From: Pseudomonadota bacterium | GTDB lineage: Bacteria; Pseudomonadota; Gammaproteobacteria; Burkholderiales; Burkholderiaceae_F | Assembly (NCBI GenBank): GCA_021838715.1 | Contig: JAKCCX010000006.1 | Location: forward strand, 7,948-71,947 | DNA length: 64,000 bases | Reading direction: 5' to 3' | In this document: positions 20,077-28,186 of the stretch, one piece after another | Layout: every line of letters starts with the position of its first letter | How positions within the stretch are numbered: the stretch's first letter is position 1 | Notes under the pieces: generated by a model | What the model saw: the letters and a program-made list of their open reading frames with translations, nothing else | Database searches by the model: none | What the model was told of the DNA's origin: nothing | Translations under genes and position numbers: made by a program

Positions 20077-21270
20077 GTGTATCCATTGACGCTGTCGAGA
20101 TTCACGTTGACCACCTGCCTGGGGGTTGGACTGGAACCCAACCGGCAAGCCATCGTTGCCGGAAGGTCCGGGTTGACCCGTCTCCGGATCGACGACGCAG
20201 ACTTCGAAACCCATATCGGTGAAGTTTCCTCGCTTCTCGAAGTCAGGATTCCGCCCTCATTTTCCGGATGGGACTGCCGCAACAACCGCCTGGCATACAC
20301 GGCTTTGCAGCAAGACGCTTTCCTGGATTCGGTATTTCAGGCAGCTGCGCTGTACGGTCGCGGCAGAATCGGCGTATTCATCGGAACAAGCACGTCGGGA
20401 ATCCGCGAGACGGAAGAGGCATTCGCCCATCTCGACGCCAGCGGATCTCTGCCGCCCAGCTTTGATTATCGAAAAACCCACGCTTGCTTTTCCGTCGCGG
20501 ATTTTGTACGTCGGTTATTGAAGCTCGAGGGCCCCGCCTTCACGGTCTCGACGGCGTGCTCGTCCAGCGCCAAGGTTTTCCCCGCGGCGGCGCGCATGAT
20601 TTCGTCGGGGCTGATCGATGCCGCCGTGGTGGGGGGCGTCGACACACTGTGCCGGACGACGCTCTTCGGATTCCGTTCCTTGGAGTTGACGGCGTTGTCG
20701 GCTTGCAAACCCTTCGATGTCGCCAGGTCCGGCATCTCGATCGGCGAGGCGGGTGCCTTTGTACTTCTGGAACGCCCGGACCGGTCGCATACCGGGAGCG
20801 ATCTGGCGCTGTTCGGCGCGGGGGAATCAAGCGACGCCTACCACATGTCATCGCCGCATCCGGAGGGATTGGGCGCGCGCATTGCCATTGCCGCGGCGCT
20901 GGAATCGGCACGGTTGTCGCCGGAAGATATCGATTATGTCAACCTGCACGGCACGGGAACCCGCACCAACGATTCGGCGGAAGATATCGCGGTGGTCAAA
21001 ACCATCGGTGGGAAGACACCGTGCAGTTCGACCAAGGGCTCCACCGGCCATACCCTTGGCGCGGCGGGCGCGGTGGAAATCATCCTGTCCGCGCTGGCGA
21101 TTCAGGAACAGATCATTCCGGGCGGCGTTACCACCGAGGTAACGGATCCGGGCTTGCATTGCAACTTCGTTCGCACTCCTCGCCCGGCTGGCATACGGCG
21201 GGTTCTGAGCAATTCGTTTGGATTTGGAGGCTCGAATTGCGCGCTGATCATCGGCACGGCGACGAATTGA
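20077..21270 (+). CDS. Beta-ketoacyl-ACP synthase (elongating KS, ApeO-like)
   Basis: Catalytic Cys in VSTACSSS, plus NLHGTGT and GHTLGAAG His motifs. GTG start. Confidence 0.85.
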   Translation: MYPLTLSRFTLTTCLGVGLEPNRQAIVAGRSGLTRLRIDDADFETHIGEVSSLLEVRIPPSFSGWDCRNNRLAYTALQQDAFLDSVFQAAALYGRGRIGVFIGTSTSGIRETEEAFAHLDASGSLPPSFDYRKTHACFSVADFVRRLLKLEGPAFTVSTACSSSAKVFPAAARMISSGLIDAAVVGGVDTLCRTTLFGFRSLELTALSACKPFDVARSGISIGEAGAFVLLERPDRSHTGSDLALFGAGESSDAYHMSSPHPEGLGARIAIAAALESARLSPEDIDYVNLHGTGTRTNDSAEDIAVVKTIGGKTPCSSTKGSTGHTLGAAGAVEIILSALAIQEQIIPGGVTTEVTDPGLHCNFVRTPRPAGIRRVLSNSFGFGGSNCALIIGTATN

Positions 21271-21278
21271 GGCCCGGC

Positions 21279-22076
21279 ATGGATGCATGGGTAACGGGCA
21301 TTGGAATATTCGGCCACGGTTTCAACAACTGGCCAATCGCCCGGGCAATCCTGCGCGGCGAGGCGCATCCGTCTGGATCGGCCCTCCCGATCCCGCTGTG
21401 CTCCAAGCTCCCGGCAGCGGAAAGGCGCCGGGCCGGGAAGGTGGTCAACCTTGCATTGGGCGTAGGGTTCGAAGCAGTCGCCGCCGCCGGAGCGAACGCG
21501 CAAACCATTCCTACGGTTTTCGCCACCTCAAGCGCCGATGGCGAAAACTGCAGCGCGATCTGCACCGCGCTGGCGTCGCCGGACCCCGCCGACCATTCGA
21601 TATCTCCCACCCGATTTCATAACTCGGTCCATAACGCCGCCGCCGGGTATTGGGCGATCGCGTCCGGGGCGATGGCACCCTCGACGACCCTGAGCGCGTT
21701 CGATGGGAGTTTTTCGGCAGCCATCCTTGAAGCGTTATCCATCTTCGGCACCGGCGCCGATCACGTTCTCGCAACCGTGTTCGACGCGCCATATCCCGGC
21801 CCGCTTGACCGTGCCCGTCCGATTCAGGCGCCGCTTGCAGTCGCCCTTGTCTTATCCAGGGAACACGATTCCCGAAGCCTTGCGCACCTCCACGTCAGTC
21901 TTGCCGAGCGACCGGCGGACCCGATGCGCAACCCATCCCTGGAGCCCTTTCGCCGCGGTTCGCCGCCGGCAAGAGGATTCCCCATGCTCGAGCGAATTGC
22001 CATCGGCGAACGATCTCGAGTGTGCCTGGATTACCTGGATGATCTGAGACTCCAGGTTGAAATCGACCCGATATGA
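21279..22076 (+). CDS. KS-like chain-length-factor-type partner lacking the catalytic Cys (ApeC-like)
   Basis: 265 aa thiolase-fold-like protein. TTLSAFDGSFSAA sits where a KS has TACSSS, and no HGTGT or GHxxGAAG motifs are present. Lies directly after the KS gene. Confidence 0.65.
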   Translation: MDAWVTGIGIFGHGFNNWPIARAILRGEAHPSGSALPIPLCSKLPAAERRRAGKVVNLALGVGFEAVAAAGANAQTIPTVFATSSADGENCSAICTALASPDPADHSISPTRFHNSVHNAAAGYWAIASGAMAPSTTLSAFDGSFSAAILEALSIFGTGADHVLATVFDAPYPGPLDRARPIQAPLAVALVLSREHDSRSLAHLHVSLAERPADPMRNPSLEPFRRGSPPARGFPMLERIAIGERSRVCLDYLDDLRLQVEIDPI

Positions 22077-22579
22077 CCGGTATCGACAAGCACGCGATTT
22101 CGGAAATGATTCCGCACGCAGGCTCGATGATCCTGCTGGACGGGGTCGAACGATACGATGACGAGCGGCTCGTTGCCATCACGACAAGCCACGTCATGCC
22201 GGATAACCCGCTCAGGGATATGCAAGGTCGTCTTCATATCGCGTGCGGGATCGAATATGCCGCGCAGGCGATGGCGATTCACGGCGGACTCCTACGAGCG
22301 ACGGCCAGCGGCGCTCCGCCTTCCAAGCCCCGCGTCGGGCTTCTTGCCGGACTGCGCGGAATCGTTCTTTGCGCTGATTATCTCGACGAGATGCCAGGAC
22401 CGCTTCGGATCGAAGTCGCGTCCCTTTCGGCGGATGATCGGGCATCGCTCTACACGTTTGAAATCCGCGCCGGCGACCGCCTGATGTTGTCAGGACGCGC
22501 GACCGTCGTACACGACGCGATCAATCCCGGTCTCTCCCCCGTGCGCGCCGCCAAAGAAGTTGCGGCAGGCGCAGGGTGA
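22073..22579 (+). CDS. Hotdog-fold dehydratase (ApeP-like)
   Basis: IPHAGSMILLDGV N-terminal motif; 168 aa. ATGA overlap with the upstream gene. Its last 59 nt overlap the convergent GT2 gene. Confidence 0.65.
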   Translation: MTGIDKHAISEMIPHAGSMILLDGVERYDDERLVAITTSHVMPDNPLRDMQGRLHIACGIEYAAQAMAIHGGLLRATASGAPPSKPRVGLLAGLRGIVLCADYLDEMPGPLRIEVASLSADDRASLYTFEIRAGDRLMLSGRATVVHDAINPGLSPVRAAKEVAAGAG

Positions 22580-23321
22580 ATCCCACCATCAACCGGACAT
22601 GCATCCAGGTCAGCACCAGGTTGTCGCGAACGTAGCGGAAATGCGAAACCCCGCCGGCTTCGCGACTCATATAGCGTACGGGGGCTCGCACATTGACCGG
22701 CCTGACCCCCTCCCAACATAGTCGAACCGCCGCTTCCGGATCGAAATCGAATCGGCGCATCCAACGATTCTGCTCCATGACACGGAGCAGAGGCGTGATG
22801 GGATATACGCGAAACCCAAACAGGGAATCGCCTATGCCCACCCCCAACGTTTCCAGGTTGGCCCACCAATTCGAAATGCGCCGCCCGCGCACGCGCAATT
22901 GCGGAGCATCGGCGCCGAATTCCGGAACACCCAGGATCATGCGGGACGGATTTTCCCGCGAAAAATTCATGAACTGCCCGATCGATTGCGCCGGGTGCTG
23001 ATCGTCCGAGTCCATGGTCAGCACATGGGTGAAGCCCTCCTGCGCGGCATGACGGATGCCGTGGAGGACCGCCCCGCCCTTCCCGCCATTTTTTTCCAAC
23101 ACCAGCACGCGTACGCCCGGATCGCCCCGCGCGACCGCCTCGAACTGCGCTCGGGACCCGTCCGTGCTCCCATCGACGATCACCCATACCGGACACCACA
23201 GGGCACGAGCCGAACGAAGGGTTTCGACGCCCCGCGGCCCCGGGTTATAGCTCGGGATCATCACCAGATGCGTTTTCGAACACGGCTCATCCGGGCGATC
23301 GACAGCACTCACAGCAGACAC
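22521..23321 (-). CDS. Family 2 glycosyltransferase (polyprenyl-phosphate/lipid sugar transferase type, ArnC/DPM1-like)
   Basis: MIPSYNPG..., VDGSTDGS, KNGGKGGAV and MDSDDQHP motifs. GTG start at 23321. Confidence 0.8.
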   Translation of the reverse strand: MSAVSAVDRPDEPCSKTHLVMIPSYNPGPRGVETLRSARALWCPVWVIVDGSTDGSRAQFEAVARGDPGVRVLVLEKNGGKGGAVLHGIRHAAQEGFTHVLTMDSDDQHPAQSIGQFMNFSRENPSRMILGVPEFGADAPQLRVRGRRISNWWANLETLGVGIGDSLFGFRVYPITPLLRVMEQNRWMRRFDFDPEAAVRLCWEGVRPVNVRAPVRYMSREAGGVSHFRYVRDNLVLTWMHVRLMVGFTLRLPQLLWRRARGRDRD

Positions 23322-23444
23322 CCCTCACCGCCCCTTTCCATTGCGCCGGACACCATTTTTCGAATTCCGCCCTCGACTCCGGCGTCAAAATCCACCCCAA
23401 CGCCCCTACAAACGCCACCACCGCAGCGAACGCGAGCCTGGCCG

Positions 23445-24167
23445 CTACGGGAACTCGCCGGGCCGCCGGCGACCGCCGATTCGATCCGGCGGAATCCATT
23501 TGGAAAGGAACGCGAACCCGCATGCAAGTGCAGTTCCGCCCGCGACATCGACCGCGACATGCTGCTTCGTCGCGATGGTCGAGAAGACGATCGCAAGCGC
23601 CCATATCGCGCTGATTCCGCGCACCCACGCGGAAAAGCCGATCCTGGACAGAAGGGCGTGCAAGCGAATCGATGCAAAAACCGCCGTCGCGACATGCAAG
23701 GACGGAAACGCATTCCCCGCCGCATCCACCCCTTTCAGGAATGCCATCCCCGGATACCTTTCCCAATGGGTTCCTGCCGGCGGGATGGCCGTAGGCCAAA
23801 CATAAAAAATGGTGAGTCCGAAAATGCAAATGGCCGCCATCGCCATGCCATAGCGGACGATCTCTCGCCGCGTCTCAACCAACATGGCAGGCAACGATAT
23901 GTACGCCCAAAGGGACAAATACACCGGCAAGGCCATCGGGGAAAAGTGGATCCACCGATCGATCCCCGTCACCGGCATGATGTGCACCGGGTAAGCCGGA
24001 TTTCGCAGCAGAAACACGTAGACGGCAAAAAAGACGGCAATAAAAACAACCGATCCAAAGAACTTGAACCAGAAGTGCTTCAAAACCGCTGCGAGCAACC
24101 GCCGCCACCCGGGCCTGGCCGTCGAACCCGAAAACGCCAACGAAATTTCCATCGATATGCCATTCAT
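23445..24167 (-). CDS. PAP2-superfamily integral membrane protein (phosphatase/phosphotransferase-like)
   Basis: About 6 TM segments. PSLH and KQHVAVD (H-x3-D) resemble PAP2 motifs C2 and C3; no clear KxxxxxxRP C1 motif. Confidence 0.55.
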   Translation of the reverse strand: MNGISMEISLAFSGSTARPGWRRLLAAVLKHFWFKFFGSVVFIAVFFAVYVFLLRNPAYPVHIMPVTGIDRWIHFSPMALPVYLSLWAYISLPAMLVETRREIVRYGMAMAAICIFGLTIFYVWPTAIPPAGTHWERYPGMAFLKGVDAAGNAFPSLHVATAVFASIRLHALLSRIGFSAWVRGISAIWALAIVFSTIATKQHVAVDVAGGTALACGFAFLSKWIPPDRIGGRRRPGEFP

Positions 24168-24536
24168 GCACGGGTATCACTGTCGCAACCGGGGGTTCCC
24201 CCTCCGCCGAGGCTACGGGGATTGTCGCAAGCTTGGCGCCGCAACGGCAACCTCCGGTCCGCGCTCCGGCGAAGAGAGGCGAATCCCGCCTTTGCGGGTC
24301 CTTCAACCGGGATTATTCCCGTTCCGATGGCCGGCACCACCGCGATGCGTGTGAAATGATCTCCGTCGCCGCCGCAAGCGCGGTGCCGGATTACGACCGC
24401 AGAAATGGCGATCACAAGGAATAAGGCCCTCGAGCGAATCGGCACAATTAAAATCGGGGTCTGGAACAAACCATCGCAGCGCTCTTGCAGAGCCATCCAC
24501 CAACAACCCTGCCCGGCTCATCGCAACTGCACTTAT

Positions 24537-24556
24537 TTTCATGAAATTTCACGAAA
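24537..24556. promoter_or_regulatory. AT-rich 20-bp near-perfect palindrome in the only divergent promoter region of the island (candidate operator)
   Basis: TTTCATGAAATTTCACGAAA pairs at 9 of 10 positions. It lies 109 nt upstream of ATG 24665. Confidence 0.45.
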
Positions 24557-24664
24557 CGCCGCCGAAATCCATAAACCAATCCAGCCCAGGCGGGGCAAGC
24601 CGAGCGCCACGGATGCCGGATGGTTCCTGCTCGCGCGTGCGCGCTCGAATGCCGTAGGCCCGCC

Positions 24665-25306
24665 ATGCGAAGGCTTCACCTCGCACTTCTCGCCGTCGCC
24701 GCCTCGGCGTATTTCCTGCTCAACTATCTCGCCGCCGCGAAAAGGCTTCCCTCCGTCGACGCCACCCTGCTATCCCTCCTCCCGATCGGCGGATCGGCTG
24801 CCGTCGCCGCCTGGAATTCCCGCGCGCGAATTCCCGCACTATCCATGCTGGCCGCCGCGCTGGTGGCAACGGGCATCTGGTTTGATCGCTTGCGCACCAG
24901 CACCCAGTGGATCTATTTCGTCCAGGATGCGGGGGCCATGATCTCGCTGGCGATATTGTTCGGCACGACCGTCGGCAGGGACCACAAAACGGCCCTCTGT
25001 TCGCGCATCGCCATCGCCGTCAACAAAAACGCCGCCGATGACGATCTCCTCCGTTATACATGGAAGGTGACGATCGCCTGGACGGCATTTTTTGCCCTGT
25101 CGGCGCTGACATCGATCTACCTGTTCGCGTTCGATTCGATTACCGTTTGGTCGGCGTTCGCCAACATCGTCAATCCGATCCTCCTCATCGCGATGTTCGC
25201 CGGCGAGTACGCGATTCGATTGATCGCCATGCCGGGACATACCGACGTCGGAATCGGAAGCATCATTCGCGCCTACCGAACCACAAGCCGCCGCGAATCC
25301 CGGTAA
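24665..25306 (+). CDS. Integral membrane protein of unknown function (first gene of the ligase/export operon)
   Basis: Trimmed to ATG 24665 (MRRLHLALLAVAASAYFLL...). About 6 hydrophobic segments and no recognisable catalytic motif. Confidence 0.5.
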   Translation: MRRLHLALLAVAASAYFLLNYLAAAKRLPSVDATLLSLLPIGGSAAVAAWNSRARIPALSMLAAALVATGIWFDRLRTSTQWIYFVQDAGAMISLAILFGTTVGRDHKTALCSRIAIAVNKNAADDDLLRYTWKVTIAWTAFFALSALTSIYLFAFDSITVWSAFANIVNPILLIAMFAGEYAIRLIAMPGHTDVGIGSIIRAYRTTSRRESR

Positions 25307-25312
25307 CCCGCC

Positions 25313-26653
25313 ATGAGTACTTTGCCACTCCTACCGGAAGCGAATGGCGACCATGTCGTCGCCTACCGCAACGGGCTGCCCGTCACGCGCGCCGACCTCC
25401 TGCGCGACGTGAGGTCGATTGCCGCGACCCTGCCCGCCACCGAACATGTACTCAACCTCTGCAAGGACCGATACTGGTTCGCCGCAAGCCTTCTCGCCAC
25501 GATTTCCCGGAACATCAAGACATACCTACCCAATACGACGGCGCGGGAATACGTAGCCAGCCTGCAGAAATCACTTCCATTGGCGTGGCGCATCGGCGAC
25601 CACGACGACGGAAACGAGGACGACCTTCCCTACCGGAACATTGCCTCTGCGACGCACGGCGCGAACCATGGCGTGTTTCATGCACCCTCCATCCCCGGGA
25701 ATCGACCCGTCCTGACGATATACACCTCGGGATCGACGGGGAAACCCCAACCCCACCAGAAGACATTTCAGCGCCTCCACCAAAATGCGGCCGCCGAAGC
25801 GGATGTCATGTGGAAACTCGCGGGTGGGGAATGTTCCGTCGTGGGCACCGTTCCTTCGCAACACATGTACGGATTGGAGTCGACGATCCTTTTGCCGATG
25901 CTCTGCGGCGGGCGCCTCTCTTCCCGGATCCCGTTTTTCCCGAAAGATATCGCCGAGGCACTGGCCGAAACGCCGCCTCCGCGTCTTCTCGTGACGACGC
26001 CGTTCCATCTGCGAAACCTGCTGGACGCGGATATCGAGATACCGCCGGTCGCAGGCGTACTGAGCGCGACGGCGATGTTGCCATCCAGCCTGGCGATTGA
26101 GGCGGAACGTCGCTTGAACGCCCCGCTCGCAGAAATATACGGTTCGACCGAAACCGGGCAGATCGCATTTCGCAGACCAGTCCGTCATTCCGACTGGATC
26201 CCATATCCGGGAATCCATCTCGACCAAGCACATGGCAAGACGGCGGCAAAAGGCGGACACCTCGAACGGGAATACGACCTGAACGATGCCGTCGAAATCA
26301 CCGACTCGGGGACGTTTCACCTCCTCGGCCGAAACTCCGATATCGTGAATATCGCCGGCAAGCGAAGCTCGCTCGGGTACCTCAGTCATATCCTGACCGG
26401 CCTGCCGGGAGTGCACGACGGGGTGTATTTTCTTCCGGAATGCGATGAACCCGTCCGCGTCACGCGGCTTGCGGCGTTTGTCGTCGCGCCGCAACTGACC
26501 TCCTCCGAGATTTTGTCGGCACTGCGGAAGCACGTCGACCCGCTGTTCCTTCCCCGCCCGATCATCTTCGTGCCATCCCTGCCCCGCAACGGGACCGGCA
26601 AGATCCCGGCGGAGGACCTTGACAAATTCATCGCTGCGCACCATCCCCGATGA
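25313..26653 (+). CDS. AMP-dependent synthetase/ligase, probable aryl (hydroxybenzoate):ACP ligase (XanA2/ApeH-like)
   Basis: Adenylation motifs YTSGSTGKPQ, YGSTETG, GRNSDIVNIAGKR and NGTGKI. Confidence 0.8.
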   Translation: MSTLPLLPEANGDHVVAYRNGLPVTRADLLRDVRSIAATLPATEHVLNLCKDRYWFAASLLATISRNIKTYLPNTTAREYVASLQKSLPLAWRIGDHDDGNEDDLPYRNIASATHGANHGVFHAPSIPGNRPVLTIYTSGSTGKPQPHQKTFQRLHQNAAAEADVMWKLAGGECSVVGTVPSQHMYGLESTILLPMLCGGRLSSRIPFFPKDIAEALAETPPPRLLVTTPFHLRNLLDADIEIPPVAGVLSATAMLPSSLAIEAERRLNAPLAEIYGSTETGQIAFRRPVRHSDWIPYPGIHLDQAHGKTAAKGGHLEREYDLNDAVEITDSGTFHLLGRNSDIVNIAGKRSSLGYLSHILTGLPGVHDGVYFLPECDEPVRVTRLAAFVVAPQLTSSEILSALRKHVDPLFLPRPIIFVPSLPRNGTGKIPAEDLDKFIAAHHPR

Positions 26654-27606
26654 ATGGACCGCCATCGCAACCAATGCTCCATCCCCCTAAAAATCCGCGG
26701 GAACCGGACACCGGGTGGACTCGCCAAGAAGAGCGTGGAACGAACTTCGGGCTGGTCGTCATGCGATGGCTTTCGCTTTCCTTCGGCCGATCCGTTTCCC
26801 GTGCAGTCCTGCCTTTTGTAGTCGGCTACTTCATCCTGGCGATCCCATCCGCACGGCACGCGTCGAGGGCATACCTGCGACGATGCCTCAACAGGGATCC
26901 CGACCTCGTCGATGTGTACCGCCACATTTACGCCTTCGCGACGACTATTCACGACCGCGTATATATATTGAACGGACGCCAGGACCTATTCGACATCACC
27001 ATCACGGGGGCGGAAGCCTTACGGGCCGACATCGCCAACCAAGGCGGTGTCCTGCTCCTCGGCGCGCACTTCGGCAGCTTTGAAATGACCAGGGCCGTCT
27101 CGCGGCACATCCCGGAACTCAGGGTATATATGGCGATGTACTCCGACAACGCCCAAAAAATACGCAGCGCACTCGCCGCCATCAACCCCTCCGCGATGCA
27201 GAACATCATCGACCTCGCCGGAATCGACTCGCTTCTTGCGGCACATCTACACCTGTCGGAAGGCGCCGTCGTCGGCATGCTTGCCGACCGCACCATCCGG
27301 TCCGACGACTGCGTTCCGATCGGCTTCCTGGGAGAACCGGCGCCCTTCCCGACTGGGCCTTTTCGGTTTGCCGCGCTGCTGCGCCGGCCCATCTACTTCA
27401 TGGTCGGAAGTTACCGCGGGAAAAACCGGTATACCATCCATTTCGAGCGCCTGACCGATCCCTCGCTGGCGCCGCAAGACCGCGAGGCCCGCGTCGCTCA
27501 AATTCGGCGGGACTATGTTGCCGCCCTGGAGCGGCACTGCCGCTCGGCCCCGTACAACTGGTTCAATTTCTATGATTTCTGGAAGATCCCCGCTCGGAAC
27601 TCTTGA
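26650..27606 (+). CDS. LpxL/HtrB-type lysophospholipid/lipid A-like acyltransferase (LPLAT)
   Basis: N-terminal TM segment, HFGSFE (H-x4-D/E) motif and LADR...FLGEPAPFPTGP. ATGA overlap with the ligase gene. Confidence 0.7.
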   Translation: MNGPPSQPMLHPPKNPREPDTGWTRQEERGTNFGLVVMRWLSLSFGRSVSRAVLPFVVGYFILAIPSARHASRAYLRRCLNRDPDLVDVYRHIYAFATTIHDRVYILNGRQDLFDITITGAEALRADIANQGGVLLLGAHFGSFEMTRAVSRHIPELRVYMAMYSDNAQKIRSALAAINPSAMQNIIDLAGIDSLLAAHLHLSEGAVVGMLADRTIRSDDCVPIGFLGEPAPFPTGPFRFAALLRRPIYFMVGSYRGKNRYTIHFERLTDPSLAPQDREARVAQIRRDYVAALERHCRSAPYNWFNFYDFWKIPARNS

Positions 27607-28186
27607 GTTTTCGCGAATTGCCGCGGGCTTGGCCGCGGCCCTCCTGCTGCAAAGCGGATCTGCCGCTCCCGCCGCCTGGGGATTGCCGCAGCTGATGACG
27701 ATGCTTGCCGCCAATACGCAGCACCGGGTTGGGTTCGTAGAGCGGCGCTATCTGCACTTTCTCACCCGGCCGCTGGAGTCATCGGGCTGGCTCTCCTTCA
27801 CGCCGCCGCAGCGGGTCGAAGAGGCCACCCTGACTCCAAGGAAGGAGACCATCATCGCCGATGGCCATACGCTTCTGATTTATCGTGCCGGCCGCGCCAC
27901 CCGCCTGGACCTCCGGGATCGGCCGGAGGTCCACACCCTGGTTGAGGGCATTCAGGGAACGCTTTCTGGCAACCTCTCGATGCTGCAGCAGGACTATTCG
28001 GTTTCCTTGCGCGGCGACGCGCAACATTGGCGCCTGTCGCTCGTCCCAATCCAAAGGGATGCGGCGCGTGTCGTTTCGGAGATCCGGATTTCGGGAGTCG
28101 AAGGCGACGTTTCCGCAATCGATTTCCGATTTCCCAACGGGGATCGGTCCGAAATGACGATAACCAGGATGCAGAATCCGCAATGA
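27572..28186 (+). CDS. LolA-like periplasmic lipid carrier protein
   Basis: Signal-peptide-like N-terminus (…AAGLAAALLLQSGSAAPAAWG) on a beta-rich body of about 200 aa, positioned before the MMPL gene as in aryl-polyene clusters. Start uncertain (ATG 27572 or 27515). Confidence 0.55.
   Translation: MISGRSPLGTLEFSRIAAGLAAALLLQSGSAAPAAWGLPQLMTMLAANTQHRVGFVERRYLHFLTRPLESSGWLSFTPPQRVEEATLTPRKETIIADGHTLLIYRAGRATRLDLRDRPEVHTLVEGIQGTLSGNLSMLQQDYSVSLRGDAQHWRLSLVPIQRDAARVVSEIRISGVEGDVSAIDFRFPNGDRSEMTITRMQNPQ

Noticed and set aside
23445-24167. PAP2-like protein as the missing halogenase (vanadium haloperoxidases share the PAP2 fold)
   Set aside because: It is a polytopic membrane protein with only partial PAP2 motifs and none of the vanadate-binding residues that I can identify. 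A lipid phosphatase or phosphotransferase role is more parsimonious.
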